64,000 bases of DNA from Chrysomallon squamiferum (taxonomy: Eukaryota > Animalia > Mollusca): positions 14,198,001 to 14,262,000 of the forward strand of contig CM022672.1 of the NCBI GenBank assembly GCA_012295275.1, read 5' to 3'. Below, in pieces: positions 12,583 to 25,447 of this stretch. The position numbers were made by a program, and so were the translations under genes. How positions within the stretch are numbered: the first letter of the stretch is position 1; each line of letters starts with the position of its first letter. The notes under the pieces are model-generated. The model was given only the letters and a program-made list of their open reading frames with translations, did not search any database and was not told the DNA's origin.

Positions 12583-14477
12583 TTACAATGATTTTTAAAA
12601 AAATTTCTTATTAATTTTGTGAAATGAGACACATAATCAATGAAAAACAGAGAGATTTTATTTTACTTTCTCAAAGACTGTTTGAATTAAATATATGAAT
12701 ATCAACTTACATTTTATGGGATCTAATTCAGAATGGATAATTAAACTATTTTATCAACATGGATTTTTTAATCTAAAATTTTGTAAAACTTGTTATCTAT
12801 GATTGCCTCTTTCACTGTAATATGATTAATATACTCAAACCAAAAGGTTAATCTACCAAATTGTGAACTTTTAATAAATATTTTATTTTTTTTATATTTT
12901 TTTTTACTGTTGACACCTCAGGTCTCCTTTTATCTATTTAATTTTTTTTTTTTTTTTAATGGTAATATGAAGACTTAGTGTTAGTAATAGTAAAGTAAGA
13001 AATGTGTCAATAATCAGAAAGTTCAGGTGAACCTCTATCACTTTGACATTCATTACAGTTTGGTAGCTTCTCTCTTGTTTCCAATAAAATAGTCATTAAA
13101 AGTTGACTGACCTACATTTCTCATGATACACTGAATATAATAATAAAATTATAACCTACATGTTCATTCATGTCTTTTTTTTTTTTTTCTGTAGTTATCG
13201 GGTAACTCGTGTTTCGATTAACTGCTGTTGTTGTTGTTAAGCCATTCAAAGTTTTATCGATTCAGTTATCTATTTCAATTCATTTATTCATTGAATATAT
13301 ATATATATATATATATGTGTGTATGTCTTTATATATATATTTATATATAATGTATAATTTTATTTTTTATTTTTTTTCCTCTTAAATACTACTAAAAAAA
13401 ATTGCTCTATTATACATTAACAAATGCCTTTTCAGTCAGTTTTTAAAAAGCCTGTTGTGTCTTTTAACAATAAGCTTTGAAAGATTATTTCTGTTCATTG
13501 TTCATTATGCCAATAAAAATGTCATGGAGTATAGTCTTATATGAATGACAATGGTTGAGCTGTTCTCCTTCATTTTCACAATTTCTTCACCCGTTGGTTT
13601 TGGTGGCTTTCCACATCTTTTCCTATATCTTTTTGTCTCTAAATCTTCACTTCTGCTTTCCTGACTCTCTCTCTTTCAAACTAATTTTTATCCCCTCTCT
13701 TTGTATTTTTTCCTTACAGCATCTCTGTTTGGTATTCTTACTTTATCAGTCATTCATTTACTCTCTTTTAATATTTTATTTGGTCTCTCACTCTCTGCTT
13801 ATTTGTCTGTCTGTCTCTCTCTGTGTCTGTTTGTCTGTCTGTCTCTCTGTCTTCCTTTCCACCTTCCATTGTCTGTTTCTTGTTTACAGAATAAACAAAA
13901 ATCTATTGCTGTATTTCACTGAGTTTTTGAATGGGTAATTTCAGTATCAGGGTTTATATAGATAAGAATAGCAGTTCTTTATTATTTTATTTATTTCTTC
14001 TCTCGTTTGTGGTTAAGAATTAATATCTATATGTGAGCATTAACAGTATGTAATTTACATGTGGATTTATACCAATATTCAATTGATACAAGTATATAAT
14101 TTCAGAACTTGATAGCGCATATATATATATATATATGATATGAATGAATTAATTATAGAGCAAGTAATATGAGTATTATTAATAAATAACTTATACAACA
14201 GGGTTATATGAGTAATTAATATATATTAATAAATTAACTCTGTAACAATGTAAGGAATACTAATACATTAATTGCACAAGATGTAATACAAGTAATAATA
14301 TTATCTCTTTATATATTTTAATTTTATTTTACTTTTATTTTTCTTTTTTTTTAATTTATTTACTTTAGTTCATTTTTATTTTTCTATTTGTTTTATTTCA
14401 TTTTATTTTTTATTCTTTTATGTATTTATTTATTTATTTTATGATTATTTTACATTATTATAATTTTAATATTTTTA

Positions 14478-14508
<31 letters not shown>

Positions 14509-17500
14509 AGAATATTGTTTCACTTGGCTGTTCTTTAAATTATCACTGACAGCTATTTTATTTAAGCATCCTAACAAAAAGAGTGTCCTGCGGTCATATT
14601 TGTTTATCAAGACCCTTTAAGTGTTAATTCTTTAAAAACAGCTTGCTTATATTGCAGATAGTCTTTGTTTATATTAATTTAACTGCATAGAAAAATAAAC
14701 ACAAATGACCCCCTTGTTTTTGCCATTATTGGAATTATCAGTTAAGTACAGTTGTATTCACAAGTTTATATATTTATGTATCAACTTACAAAAAGGAATA
14801 GATGTTAAATTTCAAAAAAAAAAAATTATTTTTAAACATAAAAAAAAAAAATAATAATAATAAAAAGAATTTAAAAATTCAATATTTTATTTAAAGTCTT
14901 TTAACTTCATGTGTTGGTTTAATAAAATCATATTAATTTTTCAAAATAAGATGAGCCTGCCTGTTGTGTTTCTTATTAATATGTAATTAAAGCAGGAAGG
15001 AAGTAATTACTGTGTCTAGACTTAAGACTTTTCAAAATATCAATTATTAATGATTCTTCATTTTATGTATCACTGTAATCAATGAGGTTGGCCAGAAAAT
15101 TAATAATTATGTTGTATTGATTCCTCTTTCCATTCATCTCATCCATGAGGAAAATTTATTTTATTTATTTATTTATTTTTTATTTTTTATTTTTTTATTT
15201 ATTATGATTATTTTTATTTTTTTTATTTTTTATTTTTTTTTATTATTTATTAAGTTTTCTCTAGTAACTGCTGGTGATATTGATTTCAATATAACTTTGA
15301 AAGTTCTTGTTTAAAACATTGGTGAAATATTTGCGACATTTAATACAGATTTGGTTATTGCCTAGAATCACTGAAAATATTAGAATTGTTGATATTTATG
15401 AAATATTATGGCTTGTGAGGTTTGAGAAGTAGAACTGTCTCATATAGCTGAATGTCACCAGTGATACTAGGAAAATATTGTGTAATATTACTGTCAGTGA
15501 TATATCTGGATTATTATTGTCACTGATATTTGAGAAATACTGTTGTCAGTGATATTTGTGGAATATTACTGTTGTTAACGTTTGGGAAATATTATAGTTA
15601 ATGATATATCTGAAGTATTATTTATAATGAGGTCCATGTAATACTACTGGTAGTAATATTAGATAGTTTGTGAATTAGTACTGTCACTGATTGTCAGATA
15701 TTTTTGTTTTCTGTAGAATGACATTAAATAGCTTAAATATTTGTTATACTTTAAAACAGTTGCTACATTTATTATTACTAACAAGTCTGCTGGGTTAGGT
15801 ACAAAGTTTGACAATAAAATAAAAGTTTCTGAGAATATATGGAGGTTGACAGTTATCTCATTAATAAGACATATTATTAATTTAAAAAAAATAAAAAATG
15901 TTATTATTATTATTTATTTTTATGTTTTTTTTTTTTTTTTTTTTTTTTTTACCTCTCAGTAATGAAATCTGAGAAAAACAGTACAAAATTCTCATATATA
16001 AAATTTAATTAAATATTTTTTTATTATCATTAATTGCAGCGTTGCCAAAGCCATCCCCACCTGTAGTGGGTAAGGTAACTCATTTTTCTGTAGAGTTATA
16101 CTGGGATGATGCTTACAAGGAGATACTGGAACATTCAGACATTAAATCTGGAAGACTGCGAGTCTGTCTTCAAGAACTCGATTCATGTAACACATGGGGA
16201 ACAATATACACGTGAGTTGTCTTTTAAAAGTAACAAATGCTGTGGTGAATGAATGAATGAATGAATTAATGGATGGATGTTTGCTTTAATGTTAATAATA
16301 ACAACTGTGTGTGGGTTTGGTGTGTGTGTGTGAGTAAATGTGTGTGTGTGTGTATGTGTAAGGTATAATCTTGTTTACTATCAAGAGATCTTTTTATATA
16401 CAAATATCATTCATAAACAAGCTGTAGTGCAAAAGTTGAAACATAATTTTCAGTTCCTCCAGTCTAACCCATGTCATATTTGACTCTCACTGACTGAATT
16501 GTATTTATGATAAAATGTGCATAAAATATCATATAATGCCAGTTGTTAAGGTGTACTCTAGTTAAGAATAAATATTTTTAAAAAACAATTTTTTTTTTTT
16601 TCTAAATACATTTATTTATATATATGAAATACTTATTTATACATTGGTAAATTTATTCACTTATTTTATTTTATTTTATTTTTTTTATTGTTTGTTGTTA
16701 TTTTTAACTTATTCTGAATAATTATTTATTGATTGTTGTAATCCAAATGACATAGTTATTTATTTGTTTGTTTGTTTGTTTGTTTACTCTCAGAGGGTAT
16801 TCCAAAAAACACACTGTGTCTGGCCTGCAGCCCATCACACAGTACACATACCGCATCCGTTTTCAACTCAACGACGTCATCAGTGAGTGGAGTGCCCATG
16901 TTGTTGTCTCCACCATCAGTAAGTGATTTACTTAACAAAACAACACTAGCGAAAAATAAAATTTAATAGTTTTTGTATCAGGACAATGTGAGTATTTTAC
17001 ATGTCTAATGATACTGGTAAAATGTGAAATTAATGTGATAATAATATCAGAACAAAGTAAGTATTTTGCATATGAAACATCATGTGAAATTAGTGTGATG
17101 ATAATATTGATTCAAAGTAAGTATTTTACATATCAAAGGGCACTGGTGAAATATGATAATAATATCAGAACAAAGTAAGTATTTCAAATATCTAACAATA
17201 CTGGTATAATGTGAAATTAATGTGATAATAATATCAGAACAAATTAAGTATTTCAAATATCTAACAATACTGGTATAATGTGAAATTAATGTGATAATAA
17301 TATCAGAACAAATTAAGTATTTCAAATATCTAACAATACTGGTATAATGTGAAATTAATGTGATAATAATATCAGAACAAAGTAAGTATTTCAAATATCT
17401 AACAATACTGGTATAATGTGAAATTAATGTGATGATAATATCAGAACAAAGTAAGTATTTCAAATATCTAACAATACTGGTATAATGTGAAATTAATGTG

Positions 17501-19463
17501 ATGATAATATCAGAACAAAGTAAGTATTTCAAATATCTAACAATACTGGTATAATGTGAAATTAATGTGATAATAATATCAGAACAAAGTAAGTATTTCA
17601 AATATCTAACAATACTGGTATAATGTGAAATTAATGTGATGATAATATCAGAACAAAGTAAGTATTTCAAATATCTAACAATACTGGTATAATGTGAAAT
17701 TAATGTGATGATAATATCAGAACAAAGTAAGTATTTTAGATAGCAAACGTGAAATTAATGTGATAGTAATATTAGATCAAAGTAAGTATTCTGCATATCT
17801 AACAACACTGGTTGTTTTGTTCATTTTGGAGGGTTTTTTTTTATTTTTTTTTGGTATAATCAGAATAAAAGAAACAAAAATTATCATATATTTCTAACCT
17901 ATGATTTAATACAAGACAAGATTAAATTCTAATCATTATTTTCTTAAATTTGATGGCTGCAGAGTTCATTGACGTAGATCTGTCTGATTGTTTTGTGGAT
18001 GAATGTGGCCTGTTTCAAGAACAAAAGTTACTGTAATAATGCTTAATAATTTATGTCAAAAGATGTGTATTATTTTGTTGTGTTTGCCAGGACTGCCACT
18101 CACATCTGAGGATTTACACAGAGCTATCATACGCAAGGACATCCCTGAATTAGAGAGACTCTTACAAACAGGGTCAGTAATAAACAAACTTTCGATTAGT
18201 ACACATTTTTTTTTTTTTTAATTTAAATACATTTTTACAGAGATTTGAGATTGTCAAGTAATACTGAAATAAATAAAATTGTTGAATATGAAAAATCTTA
18301 AAAAAATAAAAAATAAAAATTTAATATGTACTCAGAACAAAATATCTGTGTGTTTTTACATATCATTTCAGAGATTATTAAGCAGTTAATGATGAAAACT
18401 ATTGATTGTTAGAAACGTTTTCCTGTGAATCAGTATTACAAAATATCTTTGGTTTTACATATCATTTTACATATTGTTAAACACAACTGATACAAAAACA
18501 ATTATTGATTATGAAAAATCTTGTATTGTGATATCAGAGACAGAAAAAGTCTATCCATTTATTTTTACATATCCTTCCTGAATTAGGGACTGTTCCAAAC
18601 AACACAAAGTAATGAAAACTATTGATTTTGTAAGATAATCTTGTCTTACAGTAATCAGATTAACAAAAACCATGAATGCTTTTATTTGAAAGTATTCCTT
18701 TCTTAACATTAAGATATGGTCTAAATTAATTCTGCATACATCCACGTAATGTTTTATTAGTTTTTGCTGTCCAGTTTTAATTAACAGTGAAGTATAACAA
18801 CACATGAGTACAGTTTAATAATGTCTGGCTATAACAAACAAAAAATAATAAAAAAAATAAATAATAAAAATACAGCTGCCAATCTGTTATATACACAGTG
18901 ACATCACAGCCCCAGGTGCCAAGGGTAAAATGGAGGCATTTGGAAGTTTTGTTACCATATTAAATTTTTGTTATGTTTTGTGACGAGTGATGATAGGAGA
19001 CCCAAGACTAATCATTAAAAAAAACAAATAAATTTTATAATTACTTATCTTTTATTTTATTTCATTTTATTTTAAAAATATTTTATTTATTTATTTATTT
19101 ATTTATTTTAAAATCATTGTAGTCATTACTGGTTTCATTATATTTACTACCATTTTCCTTTTTTTATAGTAAATATTTATTTACTTATTTATTTAAATTT
19201 ATCATTGATGTCATCATTGTTTTCATTATTATTACAACCATTTTCCTTTTTTTAAATAGTAGATATTTATTTATTTTATTAATTTTTTATTATTTAATCA
19301 TTTATTTACATTTTTTATTGAGTACATCAGTTTTCATTTTAATTACAACCATTTTGTTTTCTTTTTTTAATAGTAAATATTTATTTATCTATTTATATTT
19401 ATCATTGTTGTCATCATTGTTTTCATTATAATTATTACCATTTACCTTTTTTATAGTAAATAT

Positions 19464-19498
<35 letters not shown>

Positions 19499-20625
19499 CT
19501 TGTTTAACAGAGAGGTGAACATAGATGTGCCAGACAAGTTTGGGTTCAGTCCACTGATGCAGGCTTCTCAGAAAGGTTTAACAGAGTAAGATATTACCTA
19601 CCACCTTTAACTACATTCCTTCATGTGAAACAAACCTCCTGTATGCTGGTCATAGCTCAGTAAACTGAAGCATAATTATATACATATATATATACAATCA
19701 TCCTTGTTTCCAATACACAGTAAAATATCACCTGTAAGGTATGGTCGGTAAAAAAATAAAAAATAAAGTTTTGTGTCTGAAAAAAAAAATATTCCATCAT
19801 GAAATACTAAAAAAAAAAAAGAATGGTATATTGACATCTGAAAGTTTTACAAACACTGTAATATATAATACACAGATAGACAATGATAAAAAATACAATT
19901 TATACTCAGTTATTTATTTTTGCTATTTATTAAATAACTAATTGGATGTAAATTGTATTTTTATTACAGATATTTATATTTCATTTATTATGCAATTTTT
20001 AGATATTCTTTATGGCATCCATTTTAAAGTATAAACGTCAACTTATTAATATTTTTTTCCTTCATGTAAAGTTTAATAATAATAACACCTTTTATTTTTA
20101 CCTGTATTTTAGTATAGTCAAAATTTTACTTGATCATGGAGCTGATGTTCATTTAAAGAATGAAGCAGGAAAAACGTGGTATGTAAATATGTCTTGTAGT
20201 TTGTACAGTCTTGATATATGCTGTTTACTTCTGTTTTTTTTTTTTAATTATTTGCTTCAAATGACCAGTAAAGAATTACAATAAAATAACATATCTGTGA
20301 TGATGCTGAGAAAGTGGCACTTTATTGTATTCTGATAACAGTATTTTACAAAGCTGCATAAAATAAAATAAATGATATCAATCGATGAATTAATCAGTCA
20401 ATCAATAAATCAATAAACTGACCTTGATAGATTGAATAAGACATTGCAAAGCTGCCATTTCCTCATTTCAAGCACACACACACACACACACACACACCAT
20501 TTAATTATAAAAAAATATCAAATATGAATAGGCATTGCAGTTTGATGTGTAGTTACTATTGTTGTAAAGGTATTGTTGTTTTTATTATTATAATTATTAC
20601 AGAGATGATGAGGAGGGTGACAATG

Positions 20626-20664
<39 letters not shown>

Positions 20665-23002
20665 TAGTGTTATATTATTATTATTATTATTTACTGTCGC
20701 TATTGTTGTTGTTATTATTATCATTTTCATTATCATTATTGTTATTATCATCATCATCATCATCATATTAGTAGTATTTATTGTTATTTGTTTTAATATT
20801 ATTGTTATTATTATTTATTGTTACTGTTATTATTATTATTATTATTATTTATTGTCATTGTTACTTTTATTATTATTATTATTATTATTTATTGTCATTG
20901 TTACTGTTATTTTTATTATTATTATTTATTGTTATTGTTGTTGTCATTGTTACTGTTATTATTATTATTATTTTATTGTCATTGTTACTATTGTTATTGT
21001 TGTTGTTGTTGTTGATGTAAGATTCTGCTCATTTGTTTGCTGTGTGTTTCAGTATGATGATGATGTTGTTGTTGTTGATGTAATATTCTGCACACACCTG
21101 TGACTGCTGTGTGTTTCAGTATGATGATGTTGTTGTTGTTGTTGATGTAAGATTCTGCTTACACCTGTGACTTGCTGTGTGTTTCAGTATGATGTCATTC
21201 TTGTTGTTGTTGATGTAAGATTCTGCTCACACCTGTGACTTGCTGTGTGTTTCAGTATGATGTTGTTGTTGCTAAAAGATTCTGCTCACACCTGTGACTT
21301 GCTGTGTGTTTCAGTTGATGTTGTTGTTGTTGTTGTTGATTTAAGATTCTGCTACTATTTGCTGTGTTTTCAGTATGATGTTGTTGTTGTTGTTGATTCT
21401 GCTCACACCCTGTTTGCTCTGTGTTTCAGTATGATGTTGTTGTTGTTGTTGTTGATGTAAGATTCTGCTCACACACCTGTGACTTGCTGTGTGTTTCAGT
21501 ATGATGTTGTTGTGGTTGATGTTGTTGTTGTTGATGTAAGATTCTGCTCACACCTGTGACTTGCTGTGTGTTTCAGTATGATGTTGTTGTTGTTGTTGTT
21601 GATGTAAGATTCTGCTCACACCTGTGACTTGCTGTGTGTTTCAGTATGATGTTGTTGTTGTTGTTGTTGTTGTTGATGTAAGATTCTGCTGACATCTGTG
21701 ACTTGCTGTGTGTTTCAGTATGATGTTGTTGTTGTTGTTGTTGTTGATGTAAGATTCTGCTCACACCTGTGACTTGCTGTGTGTTTCAGTATGATGGTTG
21801 TTGTGGTTGTTGTTGTTGTTGATGTAAGATTCTGCTCACACACCCTGTGACTTGCTGTGTGTTTCAGTATGATGTTGTTGTTGTTGTTGTGTTGATGTAA
21901 GATTCTGCTCACACCTGTGACTTGCTGTGTGTTTCAGTATGATGTTGTTGTTGTTGTTGATGTAAGATTCTGCTCACACCTGTGACTTGCTGTGTGTTTC
22001 AGTATGATGTTGTTGTTGTTGTTGTTGATGTAAGATTCTGCTCACACCTGTGACTTGCTGTGTGTTTCAGTATGATGATGTTGTTGTTGTTGTTGATGTA
22101 AGATTCTGCTCACACACCTGTGACTTGCTGTGTGTTTCAGTATGATGATGTTGTTGTTGTTGTTGATGTAAGATTCTGCTCACACCTGTGACTTGCTGTG
22201 TGTTTCAGTATGATGTTGTTGTTGTTGTTGTTGATGTAAGATTCTGCTCACACCTGTGACTTGCTGTGTGTTTCAGTATGATGTTGATGTTGTTGTTGAT
22301 GTAAGATTCTGCTCACACCTGTGACTTGCTGTGTGTTTCAGTATGATGTTGTTGTTGTTGTTGTTGATGTAAGATTCTGCTCACACCTGTGACTTGCTGT
22401 GTGTTTCAGTATGATGTTGATGTTGTTGTTGATGTAAGATTCTGCTCACACCTGTGACTTGCTGTGTTTCAGTTTGTTGAGTTGTTGATGATGTTGACTT
22501 GCTGTGTGTTTCAGTATGATGTTGATGTTGTTGATGTAAGATTCTGCTCACACCTGTGACTTGCTGTGTGTTTCAGTATGATGTTGTTGTTGTTGTTGAT
22601 GTTGTTGATGTAAGATTCTGCTCACACCTGTGACTTGCTGTGTGTTTCAGTATGATGATGTTGTTGTTGTTGTTGATGATGTAAGATTCTGCTCACACTT
22701 GCTGTGTGTTTCAGTATGATGCTGGCATGTTTTGCTGGTCAGCTGGATGTGGTGAAGATTCTCAGAAAGTACGGAGCCCGGTACGACGACTGCGACCGTG
22801 GTGGCTCATCCCCTCTGCACTGGGCTGCAGACGGTGGCAATGTCAAACTCATAGAGTGGATGATCGCCGATGGAGCCGATGTCAACTTGAGGGATCATCA
22901 TTCTGGGTGGACACCGTTGTTACGCTGTGGTGAGTCACTAATTTCATTATTTATAAATCTTGTTTATACTGTTTGCTTTCATTCCTCTTTGCACTACCAT
23001 GC

Positions 23003-23035
<33 letters not shown>

Positions 23036-25011
23036 AAGTTTTGTTAAAAGTTTTAAGTAAACATAGGTATTATACAATTTCAGTAAACAGTCAGGAAACC
23101 AAATATTTTAATATAATCATTATCTAAATTTTTAGAATGCATAGATGTTATCTAATATTTTCTAAAAGCATAGATATTAGCTAAAATTTCAATAAGTATA
23201 TTCATTATCTGACATTTTTTTGTAAGCATGGGCATTGAACCTAATTTCAGTAAACAGAATTATTATCTAAAATTTCAGTAAGTATAGGCATTATCTAAAG
23301 TTTCAGTTTAAATATAGGCATTAAATTAGAAATTCAGTAAGCATGCGAATTACACAAATTTCAGTTAGTGTAAGTATTATTTAAAGAAAAAAAAATTAAA
23401 ACTTCATAAACATAAACATAGGGGATAAAGGCAAAATGGAACAGAAGTTAAGGATTTAAAAAAAAATTAATTAAATAAAAATAAATGAAATAAAAAAATA
23501 AAATCCTGAAGTTAATATATGAAGGTGTTAATCTACACATATCCAATAAAAACTTCAAATCTCACATAATATTAACATCATTATTTATCATTACTGTTTT
23601 TGAAAACAGCAGTAAAAGATGCATTTTCTTATTAGACCTCTTATTCCTGTATTGTTTCATTTTGTAGCATCAGTTGGTGGTAACAGGGATGTCGCCCTGG
23701 CATTGTTAATGAATGGTGCTGATATTAATGCAAAGGACAATGATGGAAAAACTTGTTTAATGATTGCTGTCCTCAACGGTCACATGGCTCTGGTGGAAGT
23801 TTTGTTAGCACGGAGAGCCAACGTATTAGTTAAAAACAAGGTATGGTGTTGTTTTTAAAGCAATGATGATACCAGTACTCAAAGTAGACGGCCAAAGTAT
23901 TTTATTAAAACCAAGGAGTGGCATTGTCCTTGTTCAGTGATGATACCAGTACTCAAAATAGACAGTCAAGGTATTTTATTGAAAAAAAGGAATGGTATTG
24001 TCTTTTTACAGTGATGATATCAGTACTGAAAATAGACAGCCAAGGTATTTTATTGAAAACAAGGAATGGTATTGTCCTTGTACAGAACTCAAAGTTGACA
24101 GCCAAAATGTTTTATTTAAAAAAGCATAAATGTGTTGGTGATTGTAATAATATTGAAAATAGATAGCCAAAGTATTTTCATTAAAAACAGAATATGATCA
24201 TTGTTCAGAACAAAAAACTGAAAGATTGTAGGTTCAGTTTTACTAACGATGATAATGATGATGATAACAATAATACTATTAATAATATAATAATAATAAT
24301 AATATAACTATACAAATAAAATTTTCTTTTATATATATAATCAACTTGATTACTGCTGTCTCTAAATAATTTCCTTTTCATCTGCTTAAACTAATCTTCC
24401 TTGAGAGAAGTCGATAGATTGGCATGGTTTTGATTTCAAAATCAATACATCGAATGCCACTTTTTGATTTATTTGTATGGATACCTGTCAGTTCAGTCAG
24501 GTTTTGGCCTGGTCAGGATGCAGCACCAATTGCACTTAACAGTTTCTTATTGATCCATGTTAACTCAGCCATGATAAATTTAATTTTTATAACAGCCACA
24601 AGAAATAGCAGGCAGCAACTGCATTGAATTTTTGAATACTGTTATGAAACAGAGAGCTAATAAAATGAAAATTATTATTACATCTAATGTCGTCATTAAA
24701 GCTGTCGATAATATTCGCTGTATTATTTATTAATTATTAATGATTTATCATCAACATTATCATCAATGCTATCATGGTTTCATTGAAATTACTTTCTTTT
24801 TTTTTTCTTTTGCATCCTACTGTCTCATATAAGAACTGTATTTATTCTTTTTTTTCTTTTGAATACCCAACACTTCTTTCTCTTTTCTTTTTGTTTACAG
24901 TATGGAAAATCAGCATATGATATGGCAAAATCAGGTGATAGAAGAGTAAGTTACAGTACAGAAAATTTTCACTTTTTATAAAAGAAAGGTTTACTCTTAT
25001 TAATATATATA

Positions 25012-25058
<47 letters not shown>

Positions 25059-25447
25059 ATTTTACTACAAGGCAGATATTTTGTTTATCTGCAAAGAGAT
25101 TATTGTTGTTTATTATAAAGTTAACTGTTTATATTTGCTATTGTATTATATATATATTTTTTTTTTTTTGAGTCAACTAATATTCATTTCTTTTTTCTGA
25201 ATACAAACAAAAGTTATTTATAATGAATTTTCTACAGTGCTTTCTCATTTAGAAAATGATTTATGACTGTCATATTTTGAGGTGTTAGATTTTCTGTTTT
25301 CAATTACATTTTATTATTTTCTTGAATGACAAGCCTAGTCATTAAAACTGTCCCTGTCACTAATAGCTACATTTATATTTCTTTTTTCAGAGAATTATTC
25401 AAGTTCTTGAGAATCATCTCGAAAAAATTGGACAGAAACCAACTTAA
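12408..25447 (+). CDS. FANK1: Fibronectin type III and ankyrin repeat domains protein 1
   Basis: Exons 12408-12444 (first exon tentative), 16040-16211, 16794-16918, 18091-18172, 19511-19585, 20113-20178, 22715-22929, 23668-23840, 24901-24945, 25391-25447. All introns are GT-AG and phase-consistent. FN3 domain ([21 protein letters not shown]...[29 protein letters not shown]) is followed by ankyrin repeats ([53 protein letters not shown]). Confidence 0.94.
13194..13206. promoter_or_regulatory. X-box (RFX)-like palindrome in the first FANK1 intron
   Basis: gttatc-g-ggtaac resembles the RFX consensus GTNRCC-N(0-3)-RGYAAC. FANK1 is a cilia-associated gene. Motif match only. Confidence 0.3.
15440..15700. 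repeat. Degenerate ~28-bp minisatellite in FANK1 intron
   Basis: Recurrent aatattactgtcagtgatat-like units. Confidence 0.6.
16919..17812 (+). repeat. 69-bp tandem array (~12-13 copies) in register with a FANK1 splice donor
   Basis: Unit gtaagtatttcaaatatctaacaatactggtataatgtgaaattaatgtgataataatatcagaacaaa. GT positions 16919 (true donor), 16988 and 17057 are 69 bp apart. Confidence 0.92.
18144..18680 (+). repeat. Highly decayed ~100-110-bp tandem repeats including a copy of a FANK1 exon end
   Basis: cctgaattagagagactcttacaaaca (exon, 18144) versus cctgaattagggactgttccaaaca (intron, 18577). Intervening units share ttttacatatcattt and aaaactattgatt. Confidence 0.6.
19080..19500. repeat. Degenerate ~90-100-bp tandem repeat (~4-5 copies) abutting the FANK1 acceptor at 19510
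   Basis: Unit atcattgttgtcatcattgttttcatta...accattttcctttttatagtaaatatttattta at ~19113, 19201, 19317 and 19401. Confidence 0.75.
20560..21010. repeat. Compound (TAT)/(TGT)/(CAT)n low-complexity tract
   Basis: Direct reading; it grades into the downstream 62-75-bp array. Confidence 0.85.
21011..22721 (+). repeat. Tandem array (~26 copies, 62-75 bp) of the FANK1 exon 22715 acceptor junction
   Basis: Unit gtaagattctgctcacacctgtgacttgctgtgtgtttcag-TATGATG(TTG)nAT. The last unit supplies the real acceptor and the first 7 nt of the exon. Confidence 0.95.
23110..23400. repeat. Degenerate ~28-bp minisatellite in FANK1 intron
   Basis: Recurrent attatctaaaatttcagtaagtataggc-like units. Confidence 0.7.
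23817..24200 (+). repeat. ~74-bp decayed tandem repeat (~5 copies) spanning the FANK1 donor at 23841
   Basis: gccaacgtattagttaaaaacaag|gtatggtgttg (real) versus gccaaagtattttattaaaaccaag-gagtggcattg and gccaaggtattttattgaaaacaag-gaatggtattg. Confidence 0.85.

Noticed and set aside
13931-13940. ATG G|gtaatt as a fourth phase-1 FANK1 first exon
   Set aside because: Only four coding bases and a modest donor, which is easily expected by chance.
17080-17670. 196-aa minus-strand ORF with a 23-aa repeat
   Set aside because: By-product of the 69-bp (3n) tandem array lying antisense in a FANK1 intron; no other coding evidence.
23110-23400. tttcagtaagt units as recursive-splicing (AG|GT) sites
   Set aside because: The AG and GT share one G (AGT, not AGGT), and the intron is short.
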